From the NCBI GenBank assembly GCA_002748055.1, contig PDRI01000095.1, forward strand, positions 3,081 through 67,080: DNA of 64,000 nt. Direction: 5' to 3'. A program made the translations under genes and the position numbers. The notes beneath the pieces are model-generated. The model was not told the DNA's origin and ran no database searches. It saw only the letters and a program-made list of their open reading frames with translations. This document shows positions 54,397 through 63,579 of the stretch, in pieces. Positions within the stretch are counted from its first letter, which is position 1. Each line of letters starts with the position of its first letter. Origin of the DNA: Bacteroidota bacterium. Lineage in GTDB: Bacteria; Bacteroidota; Bacteroidia; Bacteroidales; GCA-2748055.

Positions 54397-56340
54397 ATGA
54401 CAGAAAATCTGTTCACCATTCTTAAAGAAAAGAAAATCAAGCTCTCCGATCGCATCACCGATCTGCTTGAAAACTGCCAGGGCTTCAGCGTAGCCGATAC
54501 CACCCTGGAACTGGCCGACGCCTCCACAGGCGGAAAAGACAAGATGTCCTTTGATGTCGTTTATGACATCCCTGGCAAAGGGCCTTATACCGAGGCTGTA
54601 GTGCACAGGGTTCAGAACGGTATTTCGGCAAATTATACGGAACCCTATATGCGCCGCCGCGATCCCGAAACCATGGTCATCGCCGATGACAAACCCTCCG
54701 ATAAAACCAGATTCAAGGACAAATATGGCTACGATTTTGCCAGCCTGCAGGAAGAAACCCTGGCCTGGATGAAGGAGAGGAAACTGTCGGTTTTCTTTTA
54801 CTATGCGGGCCGGATGGGAATTGGTTCCCTGGGAATTGCAATCGTTCCGGATAACGCAGCTTTCTTCGCCATGGGATTGTCCATGCTACAGGAGATGGTT
54901 CCGGTGGCCAAGCTAAAAAAACACAGCGAGATCGCTTCTTCCATTCTTGTTGCACCTGTCTTCAGGCACACCCATTTCGAAGGGAAACAGGTCGTGGTGC
55001 ACAACCGGACCGACGAGATGCACGAATTGTATGCCTACAACCTCTATCCGGGGCCAAGTGCCAAAAAGGGACTCTATGGCGTGTTGCTTACCAAAGGAGA
55101 AAGAGAAGGTTGGGTAACAGCCCACTGTTCGGCCGTACAGTCGATCAGCCCCTACGACAATATATCCACCTTCATGCATGAAGGAGCCAGCGGAGGCGGA
55201 AAAAGTGAAATGCACCAGCATATTCTGAGGGAACCCGATGGAAGGGTTCTTCTTGGGGAGAACCCCAAAACCGAAGTGCTGCGCTACATCACCATTCCCC
55301 GGTTTTGCTCATTCAATCCGGTTGCAGACGATATGGCTTTCTGCCACCCTTCACTCCAAAGAAACGATGGTAAACTCCGGATCATTGATGCCGAGAATTC
55401 ATGGTTTGTTCGCGTGGACAGCGTACATCGCTATGGCGATGACCCTTCACTCGAACGGGTTACCATTGATGCCCGGGACCCGCTCCTTTTTCTGAACATC
55501 GACACCACTCCGGGTTCAACCGCCCTGATCTGGAATCACATCGAAGATGAACCGGGCAGGCCCTGCCCCAACCCCCGCGTTGTACTCCCCCGTAATACAG
55601 TTGAGAATGTGGTGGATGGCCCTGTGTCGGTCGACATACGCAGCTTTGGACTTAGAACACCTCCCTGCTCCAGCGAAGATCCTAACTACGGCATACTGGG
55701 ACTCTTCCATATCCTTCCTCCGACCCTGGCCTGGTTGTGGCGGCTGGTTTCGCCCCGGGGACACAAGAACCCCAGTATCGTGGGCTCGGACAGTATGGAA
55801 AGTGAAGGAGTGGGCTCCTATTGGCCTTTTGCCTCGGGCCTGCAAATCGACCATGCCAACATGCTGCTTAAGCAAATCATAGAGAGCCCGAGAACCACCT
55901 ATACCTTAGTCCCTAACCAGTACATCGGGGTATGGAAGGTGGGCTTCAAACCCCAGCTTCTGATGAGGGAATACCTGACCCGGAGGGGGGTGGCCAAACT
56001 CAAAAAAGAACAATACCAGTCGGCCCGTTGTCCGTTGCTGGGCTATGAACTGAACTACCTCACGATCGAAGGATCCAAAATACCTTCGCGCTTCCTGAAA
56101 GTATACAAACAGGACGAGGTAGGTACTGAAGGCTATGATGCGGGGGCGGAGATTCTGACCAAGTTCTTCAAAGAAGAACTGCAGAAATACCTGAAAAAAG
56201 ACCTGCTGGCCACCGGTAAGCGCATCATTGATGCCTGTCTCTCGGATGCCACAGCAGAGGAGTACAACCAGATAGTCCCGATGAGCTATTCCTACTCCTT
56301 CCAGCACCTTTCGGACTACGAGGAGAGCAACAGCCATTAG
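54397..56340 (+). CDS. Uncharacterised 647-aa cytoplasmic protein with an HprK/PEPCK-like P-loop. It may belong to the family annotated DUF4914 in Bacteroidota.
   Basis: No signal peptide. Walker A-like HEGASGGGKSEM at 55183-55206 fits GxSGxGKSE. The family assignment is from memory only. Confidence 0.6.
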   Translation: MTENLFTILKEKKIKLSDRITDLLENCQGFSVADTTLELADASTGGKDKMSFDVVYDIPGKGPYTEAVVHRVQNGISANYTEPYMRRRDPETMVIADDKPSDKTRFKDKYGYDFASLQEETLAWMKERKLSVFFYYAGRMGIGSLGIAIVPDNAAFFAMGLSMLQEMVPVAKLKKHSEIASSILVAPVFRHTHFEGKQVVVHNRTDEMHELYAYNLYPGPSAKKGLYGVLLTKGEREGWVTAHCSAVQSISPYDNISTFMHEGASGGGKSEMHQHILREPDGRVLLGENPKTEVLRYITIPRFCSFNPVADDMAFCHPSLQRNDGKLRIIDAENSWFVRVDSVHRYGDDPSLERVTIDARDPLLFLNIDTTPGSTALIWNHIEDEPGRPCPNPRVVLPRNTVENVVDGPVSVDIRSFGLRTPPCSSEDPNYGILGLFHILPPTLAWLWRLVSPRGHKNPSIVGSDSMESEGVGSYWPFASGLQIDHANMLLKQIIESPRTTYTLVPNQYIGVWKVGFKPQLLMREYLTRRGVAKLKKEQYQSARCPLLGYELNYLTIEGSKIPSRFLKVYKQDEVGTEGYDAGAEILTKFFKEELQKYLKKDLLATGKRIIDACLSDATAEEYNQIVPMSYSYSFQHLSDYEESNSH

Positions 56341-56410
56341 GAGGGACATTGATAGCCTGTGAACAGAAAGATTCTTGTTAACTTCACATCCAACTAAAAC
56401 CACTTGTAAA

Positions 56411-57010
56411 ATGAGAAAAACATTGTTTCTTACGCTGGCTGTTGTATGCGGACTGCAGGGCATGGCCCAGGCACAAGGTAAAAAGCTGTTCAATGGCAAA
56501 AACCTGGATGGCTGGATCATCTACGGCACCGAAAAATGGTATGTAGAAGATGGACTCCTGATCTGTGAAAGCGGGCCCGACAAAGCTTACGGCTATCTGG
56601 GCACCAGTGAGACTTTCAAGGACTTCGAACTCACCCTGGAATTCAAACAGGGAGCAGATGGGAACTCAGGGGTCTTCTTCCGCTCATCCATCGAAGGCAC
56701 GAAGATTACCGGCTGGCAAGCCGAAGTGGCCCCTCCCGGCTCCAACACAGGCGGTATCTACGAGTCTTATGGAAGAGGCTGGCTTATCAAGCCGGATCCT
56801 GAGCTGGACAAGCACCTGAAATTTGGCGAGTGGAACAAAATGAAGATCCGGGTGGTTGGCGACAACGTAGAAACCTGGCTAAACGGTCAGAAAATGATCA
56901 GCCTGGAGGACGAGAAAATCGGTCAGGCTGAAGGCTGCATTGCGCTTCAGATCCACAGTGGAGGCGGCATCAGGGTGATGTGGCGGAACATAAAGATCAC
57001 GAGCCTGTAA
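56411..57010 (+). CDS. DUF1080 (3-keto-disaccharide hydrolase-like) secreted protein.
   Basis: The likely start is MRKTLFLTLAVVCGLQGMAQAQ at 56411. Motifs: LFNGKNLDGW, W.VEDGLL, NSGVFFRS, GWQAEV, EWNKMKIRVVGDNVETWLNGQK, IALQIHSGG. Confidence 0.85.
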   Translation: MRKTLFLTLAVVCGLQGMAQAQGKKLFNGKNLDGWIIYGTEKWYVEDGLLICESGPDKAYGYLGTSETFKDFELTLEFKQGADGNSGVFFRSSIEGTKITGWQAEVAPPGSNTGGIYESYGRGWLIKPDPELDKHLKFGEWNKMKIRVVGDNVETWLNGQKMISLEDEKIGQAEGCIALQIHSGGGIRVMWRNIKITSL

Positions 57011-57040
57011 ATTTTATAAAACTGTGGACCTGGGCTTCTC

Positions 57041-57059
57041 AGGCTGACAGCCTTTTTTG
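57041..57059 (+). terminator. Weak candidate terminator.
   Basis: AGGCT-gac-AGCCT is only a 5-bp stem, followed by TTTTTTG. Confidence 0.3.
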
Positions 57060-57101
57060 TATCTTGTCCACGACATTAAGCAACGCACGAAAATTTTTAT
57101 C

Positions 57102-58049
57102 ATGAAACAAGTACGCAATAGACGCGATTTTCTGAAGGTTTCCGCAGCCGGAAGCCTGGGTGTAATGGCCCTGGGCGCCATGGCATGTAAGAGTGGAACA
57201 GGAAAAGTTGCCGCAGGCCATGAGGCTGCTGCCGCTGTCGATTTGAAAAGCTTTGAAATTGGGCTTCAGCTCTACACCATCCGTGATGCCATTGCAGCAG
57301 ACCTTCCCGGTTCCCTGAAAAGGGTTTCTGAGTTGGGTTATAAGAATCTGGAGCTGGCAAACTATGCCGACGGAAAGTTCTATGGTTATGCCCCGGAAGA
57401 GTTCAAGGCAATGGTTGAGGATCTTGGCATGGCGATCATCAGTTCTCATACCAAGGTTGAAGCAGCGGGGATTACGCTTGACAATGCAAAATTCATGGCC
57501 GATGCGCATGCCAAATTGGGAGTTAAGTACTGTATTCAGCCCTGGGTAAACGAAGAAGAGCGGAATGTGGAGTCTTACAAACGGATGATCGCCGATTGGA
57601 ACAAGGTGGGTGAAATTATGAAAGAATTCGGCATCCAGTTCGGGTACCACAATCACAATTTTGAATTTGCAAATCTCGACGGCATTGTTCCCTATTATGA
57701 GCTTTTCCTGAAAGGACTTGATCCCGAGCTGGTTATCATGGAACTTGATCTTTACTGGGCCAGCAAAGCCGGCCAGGACCCGGTAGAGTTGTTCAGGAAC
57801 TATCCTGGTCGCTTCCATCTCTTCCACATGAAAGACATGACCACAAAGGGCGAACCCTACTATGACATTGTCAAGGATGACATCACCTCGGTTGGAGCCG
57901 GAGTAATCGACTTCAAGCGCATCCTCGCAGAGAGGGAAACGGCCGGCCTGAAGTACATGTTCGTTGAAGACGACAACCAGGGCAACGGGCACCCCTTTAA
58001 AGGCATCGAAACCAGTATTACGAATCTGACCTCAGATATCCTGGTTTAA
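57102..58049 (+). CDS. Second xylose isomerase-like TIM-barrel protein with a TAT/lipoprotein signal.
   Basis: The likely start is MKQVRNRRDFLKVSAAGSLGVMALGAMAC at 57102 (the track ORF starts at 57057). Motifs: GYKNLELA, FGYHNHNFEF, LFHMKD. Confidence 0.85.
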   Translation: MKQVRNRRDFLKVSAAGSLGVMALGAMACKSGTGKVAAGHEAAAAVDLKSFEIGLQLYTIRDAIAADLPGSLKRVSELGYKNLELANYADGKFYGYAPEEFKAMVEDLGMAIISSHTKVEAAGITLDNAKFMADAHAKLGVKYCIQPWVNEEERNVESYKRMIADWNKVGEIMKEFGIQFGYHNHNFEFANLDGIVPYYELFLKGLDPELVIMELDLYWASKAGQDPVELFRNYPGRFHLFHMKDMTTKGEPYYDIVKDDITSVGAGVIDFKRILAERETAGLKYMFVEDDNQGNGHPFKGIETSITNLTSDILV

Positions 58050-58065
58050 GCAACGCTTTTGTTGT

Positions 58066-58110
58066 AAGGGGAGTATGCAGCATTGACTGGGTACTCCCCT
58101 TCCTTGTTTT
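58066..58110 (+). terminator. Hairpin terminator.
   Basis: AAGGGGAGTA-n16-TACTCCCCTT is a 10-bp perfect stem, followed by ccTTgTTTTa. Confidence 0.55.
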
Positions 58111-58274
58111 ATCCGCCCGACAACAAGTCTTACAAAAACACCTGAATACCGCTCTTTATATAAGCCAATCGTGGCATTCATCAATTCTCATTTGCTAAAA
58201 ATGAAATTATTCCTACTTTGCAGGGATATTACGCGGGCTTTGAATGCCCATGAAGGGATTAGCTAGCACACAAA

Positions 58275-59426
58275 GTGGCGGAAGATCACAAGCAAGACAT
58301 CGTTATCGTTACCAATGGGTTCCAGACCGATTACATGTGGAACCTGGTGAATGGCATTTCAAAACACTGCCGTGTGCTGTTGATTTGCTCCAACGACCTG
58401 GCCCGGCTTACTTTCGATTCAAATGTAGTTGTCAATAACCTGAGAGGGGATGTCAACAGCAATGTGGCATTTCGGAAGAAGATTGCCCGTTTACTCAGGT
58501 ATTATCGGCGGCTCTTTTCCTTTATCGCGAAGTCAAGGGCTAAAGTCCTGCACATTCAATGGCTCAGAGTCTATGTCATCGACGGCATCTTCCTCACCCT
58601 CTTTGCACGGGCCAGAGGGAAAAGGGTCATCTATACAGCCCACGACGTGCTGCCCCACGACAAAGACACCCTCACGAACAGACTGCTGTTCCGCATGATC
58701 TACAAGCTTCAGAATGAAATTATTGCCCATACAAATTTTATTCGAAAACGGCTGATCAATGAATTTGGACTACGCGAATCAAAAGTTCATTTCATCGAGC
58801 ATGGCGTCTATGAGGTAGAAGAAAAGAAAGAAATAAGCGTTCAAAAAGCCCGGGAAAAGTACGGAATAGAAGCGAACGATTTTGTTATTCTTTTTTTCGG
58901 CAGAATTGCGCGTTACAAGGGGGTTGAACTGGTAGCTTCCATCCTGGACCAGATTGATTCAGATCGTCAGCGGGTCAGGCTCATTATTGCCGGGAGGGCC
59001 TCTAAGGACTATGAAGCTGATTTTATGCGCTTTTACGAGAGCGTAAAATCGGATAAAATCATCCCCAGGTTTGGTTTCATTGAGGACCAGGAGCTTGAAT
59101 GGTTATTCAAGGCATCAAGCCTTACGGTATTGCCATACCAGGAAGCCAGTCAGAGCGGCGTGCTGTTTATGTCCTATGCCTTTGGAATCCCGGTTGTTGC
59201 ACCCAGACTTGGAGCCTTCCCGGATTATGTTTCAGAACCGGAAACCGGAATTCTTTATCATCCCGATTCTGAGAACGGACTTTTGAACGCACTGCTGGAA
59301 GCCCGTCGTCACTACGGCCAACCCGATGAATCCAGAAGAGACCATATAAAATCCTTTGCCCATAAGAATTTTGCATGGGATTCGAGTGGAAAGCGATTGT
59401 ATAGTCTTTACATGAAAAACCAGTGA
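58275..59426 (+). CDS. Group 1 (GT4) glycosyltransferase.
   Basis: 383 aa with a GTG start (no in-frame ATG nearby). Motifs: VIYTAHDVLPHD, ILFFGRIARYKGVEL, LTVLPYQEASQSGVLFMSYAFGIPVVAPRLGAFPDYV. Confidence 0.75.
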   Translation: MAEDHKQDIVIVTNGFQTDYMWNLVNGISKHCRVLLICSNDLARLTFDSNVVVNNLRGDVNSNVAFRKKIARLLRYYRRLFSFIAKSRAKVLHIQWLRVYVIDGIFLTLFARARGKRVIYTAHDVLPHDKDTLTNRLLFRMIYKLQNEIIAHTNFIRKRLINEFGLRESKVHFIEHGVYEVEEKKEISVQKAREKYGIEANDFVILFFGRIARYKGVELVASILDQIDSDRQRVRLIIAGRASKDYEADFMRFYESVKSDKIIPRFGFIEDQELEWLFKASSLTVLPYQEASQSGVLFMSYAFGIPVVAPRLGAFPDYVSEPETGILYHPDSENGLLNALLEARRHYGQPDESRRDHIKSFAHKNFAWDSSGKRLYSLYMKNQ

Positions 59427-60403
59427 ATATGGCCGACGCGAACAACCCATTCATCTCAGTCATTATTCCCTCCTACAATGCTTACCGTACAATTGGTCGT
59501 ACGATAACGGAAATTAAAAAACAGCGTTCCGGAGGGATGTTGCTGGAGATTATCGTTGTTGATTCCTCTGATGATGAGCAAACCAAAACACTGCTGAACA
59601 GTTTTGAGGGAGACGGGCTTAGGGTAATCACTTCGGGGATCAGGGTTATGCCGGCCATACAGCGTAACATTGGAGCCAGGGCTGCAAAGGGAAAACTCCT
59701 GGTGTTTATCGACTCAGATGCCTATCCTGATCCGGATTGGCTTCAAAAAATCAGTGAAGCCTACTCGAAGGGCTATCGTGTGGGAGGCGGGAGCTATCTT
59801 GTTCCTGAGGAGCAGCTCAAAAACAAGCAGATCGTCGCTCAGTACTATTTCGAGTTTGGAGAGTATATCCCCGCAGGACGAATCAGGAAGAAGAAGATGG
59901 CCCCAACCTGCAATCTTTTCTGCGATCGGGAATTGTTCTTTGAAGCAGGAGAAATCCCCGTAATCCGGGCTTCAGAGGACACCCTTTTTGGCCTGAATGT
60001 GAACAAAATCAGTCCCCTCTACTTCTTTCCCGAAATCAAGGTATACCATGTCTTCCGTGAAGATCCAAAGCACGCCTTGTCGAATCAGAACCTGATTGGC
60101 AAATTTATCATCATCTACCGGAGAATCTATTACAAGGGAATCTACGGATCGAAGATCAGCTTGCTGGTCCTTTACCCCATGATCATCTGTTACAAGTTTT
60201 TCAATGTCTATCTGAGAAACCTCTTCCCCGAACCCCGGCATTTTCTGAAGCTTAATACCGTGTTATTCAAATTTATCCAATGCACCTGGTACTGGGCGGG
60301 AGGAGCCTTTCAAGGCATCTTCTACGATGTGATCAATGACCCGGACAATTCCATGCCGGATGAAATAAAGTCGGTGTCTTCCTCCCCTAGTGTGCAAATG
60401 TAG
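59423..60403 (+). CDS. Family 2 glycosyltransferase.
   Basis: ISVIIPSYNAYRTIGRTITEI...EIIVVDSSDDEQT...VFIDSDA. The GTG at 59423 overlaps the upstream stop (GTGA). An alternative ATG lies at 59429. Confidence 0.8.
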   Translation: MNMADANNPFISVIIPSYNAYRTIGRTITEIKKQRSGGMLLEIIVVDSSDDEQTKTLLNSFEGDGLRVITSGIRVMPAIQRNIGARAAKGKLLVFIDSDAYPDPDWLQKISEAYSKGYRVGGGSYLVPEEQLKNKQIVAQYYFEFGEYIPAGRIRKKKMAPTCNLFCDRELFFEAGEIPVIRASEDTLFGLNVNKISPLYFFPEIKVYHVFREDPKHALSNQNLIGKFIIIYRRIYYKGIYGSKISLLVLYPMIICYKFFNVYLRNLFPEPRHFLKLNTVLFKFIQCTWYWAGGAFQGIFYDVINDPDNSMPDEIKSVSSSPSVQM

Positions 60404-60433
60404 AACCTCCCGTTTCTCAGCCTAAATGCCATC

Positions 60434-61288
60434 CTAAAGCGGCACATCCTTCACCCCGGCCAGACTATAGGTCTTCTCCTTTACCCACTTGGCCCATGCA
60501 AGCGGACGCCTGGAACTGTCAAAGGTCTGCCATGGGATGGGGTCCCCAACTGTAACGGTGATGTGCTTACCCCAGTGCTTGTAGGTTTCATCAATCAAAT
60601 AGAGCATCTCGATATTGGCTTTGATACCCAGCGCCTTTCGAATACTGGCCAGCCGATAGAAGAAATTGGTATTGGCCCCTCCCACATGGATGGGAACAAT
60701 GTCGCGCTGGTACTGTCTGGCCTTATTAATAAAACTCTTTTGCCATTCCAGATCCATTACCTCGCCCTTGATTCGACGACTGACCAGGCCGGCAGGGAAG
60801 GTCAGAATCTGCACCTCGGATTTGAATGCTTCATCCAGTTTCCTGGCCAGTTCAGTTCCCTGCCTTCCATGCTTATTCACCGGAATAAACACCCCGTGAA
60901 GGTTCTTCAGGTTCATCAGAAGGTCATTTACCAGACACTTATAGCTATCCGGCCCGTATTTTCTTCCGAGCATGACCATGACAATATGGCCGTCCAGGCC
61001 TCCCCAGGGGTGGTTGGCCGCAAAGATGTAACGGCCATCATCGGGCAGCCTCTCCTCACCAACAAAATCAATCTTCAGCTCGAATAACTCGAGCATGGCC
61101 ACGCTGAAATCGTAGCCCTGCAGGTGACCGTAGTCCCTGATGATTTGATTAATCAAATCCTGGTGAAAAATTCGCCTCAGATAGCGATAGACAAAACCCG
61201 GAATCCATCTGGCCAGCCTTGGATTCTTATCGTAGAACAAATCCTTAAAGTCAATTTCCCTGATGTCGTTTTTCGTTCCCTTATCCAT
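60434..61288 (-). CDS. Lysophospholipid / 1-acyl-sn-glycerol-3-phosphate acyltransferase family (PlsC-like).
   Basis: 284 aa. HX4D motif in [12 protein letters not shown], followed by FPAGLVSRR. Confidence 0.7.
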   Translation of the reverse strand: MDKGTKNDIREIDFKDLFYDKNPRLARWIPGFVYRYLRRIFHQDLINQIIRDYGHLQGYDFSVAMLELFELKIDFVGEERLPDDGRYIFAANHPWGGLDGHIVMVMLGRKYGPDSYKCLVNDLLMNLKNLHGVFIPVNKHGRQGTELARKLDEAFKSEVQILTFPAGLVSRRIKGEVMDLEWQKSFINKARQYQRDIVPIHVGGANTNFFYRLASIRKALGIKANIEMLYLIDETYKHWGKHITVTVGDPIPWQTFDSSRRPLAWAKWVKEKTYSLAGVKDVPL

Positions 61289-61417
61289 AGTACGGCAATC
61301 ATATCTGTAACCAAAAGTATAAAATCAGCTGAAAAAGGGCCAAAAGATTCGCCTGATGCTTACACCCGGGCATATTTTGCTTTGAATCGAAGTGGAATCG
61401 CCTTATATTTGGATACT

Positions 61418-62152
61418 ATGACTATCCGAATAGCCGACAGCGTGGAGGAAATGGGAAGGCAGGCCGCCCTTGAAGGATCCGCGCTAATCCGTCAGGCAAT
61501 CAATGAAAAGGGCTCAGCACGCATCATTCTTGCCACTGGCGCTTCCCAGTTCAAGGTCCTGAAGCACCTGGTACAGGAAGAGATTGACTGGGCAAAGGTA
61601 ACCGGCTTCCATCTCGATGAATACATCGATTTGCCCCTGAATCATCCGGCTTCATTCCGGAAATACCTAAAGGAACGCTTTGTAGATCTGGTGCCGATAG
61701 GCACCTTCCACTACATAAACGGAGAACATGACCCGGCCAAAGAATGCAGGAAACTTGGCGAACTGATTGCAGAAGCCCCTGTAGATGTGGCTTTTGTAGG
61801 TATCGGGGAAAATGGTCACCTGGCCTTCAATGATCCTCCGGCCGATTTCGAAACGGAAGAGGCCTATCTGGTAGTGGAGCTGGATGAGCTGTGCCGGCAG
61901 CAGCAACTTGGAGAAGGCTGGTTCGAACAGATCGGAGAAGTGCCCGGAAAGGCCATCAGCATGTCTGTTCGGCAGATCATGAAAAGCCGCCACATCATCT
62001 GTTCGGTGCCCGATGCCCGTAAGGCCAAAGCTGTGAAAGCGACCGTGGAAGGAGAAATTGGCCCCATGCTTCCGGCATCAGTCTTACGCAGGCACCCCAG
62101 GACTCATTTGTTTCTCGACCGGGAGGCAGCTTCCCTGCTTTCCGATTCTTAA
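61418..62152 (+). CDS. nagB: Glucosamine-6-phosphate deaminase / 6-phosphogluconolactonase family protein.
   Basis: The likely start is [17 protein letters not shown] at 61418 (the track ORF from 61124 overlaps the divergent gene). Motifs: [31 protein letters not shown]. Confidence 0.8.
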   Translation: MTIRIADSVEEMGRQAALEGSALIRQAINEKGSARIILATGASQFKVLKHLVQEEIDWAKVTGFHLDEYIDLPLNHPASFRKYLKERFVDLVPIGTFHYINGEHDPAKECRKLGELIAEAPVDVAFVGIGENGHLAFNDPPADFETEEAYLVVELDELCRQQQLGEGWFEQIGEVPGKAISMSVRQIMKSRHIICSVPDARKAKAVKATVEGEIGPMLPASVLRRHPRTHLFLDREAASLLSDS

Positions 62153-62162
62153 AGCCGGCAAC

Positions 62163-63404
62163 TTGAGTTTTTTTAGGAAACCGGCTTTGTTCATTGCCTC
62201 GATTGCACCGGGGCTCTTTCTGATCGGATACAACATTGGTACCGGCAGCATTACCACAATGGCCTCCTCGGGGGCGGCCTACGGCCTTACCCTTACCTGG
62301 CCCCTGCTGCTGTCGTGCCTTTTCACCTATTTCCTCATCATGCTTTTCGGACGCTACACCGCCACGACCGGTCGCACCATTCTGGGAAGCTTTCGGGAAT
62401 ACACCGGCACCGGGGTTACCGTATTCGTGCTCGTTTCCCTGCTGGTAAGTGAATGGGTATCCTGCATGGGCGTTATGGGGGTCGTCACTCAGGTTGTACA
62501 GGAATGGTCGAGACCCCTGACCGCCTCGCACAAGGGGTTTTCCCCGGTACTTACCGCACTCATCTTCGGGGGACTGCTCTACTACCTTTTCTGGAACGGA
62601 AAACACCGGGTATTCGAGAAGGTACTTGCGATCTTCGTCGGCATTATGGGGCTCAGCTTCGTACTCACCATGTTCATGGTGATTCCGGAACCGGCCGAAG
62701 TGCTCCAGGGCCTCGTCCCCCGTATACCAGATGATCCGGATGCCCTGCTGATCATGGCCGGCATGGTGGGCACCACCATGGGAGCCATCCTCTATGTGGT
62801 GCGCTCCATCCTGGTGCAGGAAAAAGGCTGGGGTCCGGGTGACGAAAAGGAGGAACGCCGCGATGCCATTCTCTCGGTTTCACTGATGTTCCTGCTGTCG
62901 GTTGCAGTCATGGCCGCTGCAGCAGGGACCCTCCATCCGCATGGACTCCGGGTCGACAATGCCATCGACATGGTTAAGCTCATGGAGCCGCTTGCAGGAC
63001 GTTTCGCAATATCCATCTTTGTCGGAGGCATTGTAGCTGCCGGACTCTCCTCCCTGTTTCCGATTGTTCTGCTGGCTCCCTGGCTGCTGGCCGATTTCAC
63101 TAACCGACCCCGGAACATGCGTTCCACTTCGAGCCGGCTGCTTGTACTCTTCGGAGTCCTGCTTGGGCTGGTTGTACCGGTATTTGGCGGAAGGCCCGTC
63201 CTGGTCATGATCATGTCCCAGGCCATGGCTGCGATCGTCACCCCCCTGGTGCTGGGCCTCATGTTCTACATCTACAACAACAAAAAAATTATGAAGGGCC
63301 AGACCCCAGGCCTGAGGACAAACCTGCTGCTGGGATTCATCTTTCTTTTTACGTTGGCCATGGCAGTAGCCGGCATCATTGGTATCGCCGGCCAGTTTCA
63401 ATAA
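62163..63404 (+). CDS. NRAMP-family divalent metal transporter.
   Basis: APGLFLIGYNIGTGSITTMASSGAAYG is the Nramp signature region, followed by about 11 hydrophobic segments. The start is uncertain: TTG at 62163 sits just after the nagB stop, while the track start at 62058 would overlap nagB by 95 bp. Confidence 0.75.
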   Translation: MSFFRKPALFIASIAPGLFLIGYNIGTGSITTMASSGAAYGLTLTWPLLLSCLFTYFLIMLFGRYTATTGRTILGSFREYTGTGVTVFVLVSLLVSEWVSCMGVMGVVTQVVQEWSRPLTASHKGFSPVLTALIFGGLLYYLFWNGKHRVFEKVLAIFVGIMGLSFVLTMFMVIPEPAEVLQGLVPRIPDDPDALLIMAGMVGTTMGAILYVVRSILVQEKGWGPGDEKEERRDAILSVSLMFLLSVAVMAAAAGTLHPHGLRVDNAIDMVKLMEPLAGRFAISIFVGGIVAAGLSSLFPIVLLAPWLLADFTNRPRNMRSTSSRLLVLFGVLLGLVVPVFGGRPVLVMIMSQAMAAIVTPLVLGLMFYIYNNKKIMKGQTPGLRTNLLLGFIFLFTLAMAVAGIIGIAGQFQ

Positions 63405-63579
63405 TAGGCTGTTCCGCGAAGAAGCCTGAAAGGCAAAACCAACAGGCCTTTTGAAGGTATGATTTCCATTTGCCTCCCCAAAATAGTGTACCTTTTTTAG
63501 AATATATCAAACCCGGGTACACCCCCGTTTGGATAAGTTTGTTTATGTATATTTCATTGTCAAACCTAATCTTATTCCT

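Noticed and set aside
57039-57992. 317-aa minus-strand ORF spanning almost an entire gene.
   Set aside because: The plus-strand frame encodes a TAT-signal TIM-barrel protein paralogous in type to 53213..54181. The minus-frame product has no signal or motif and would lack a sensible operon context.
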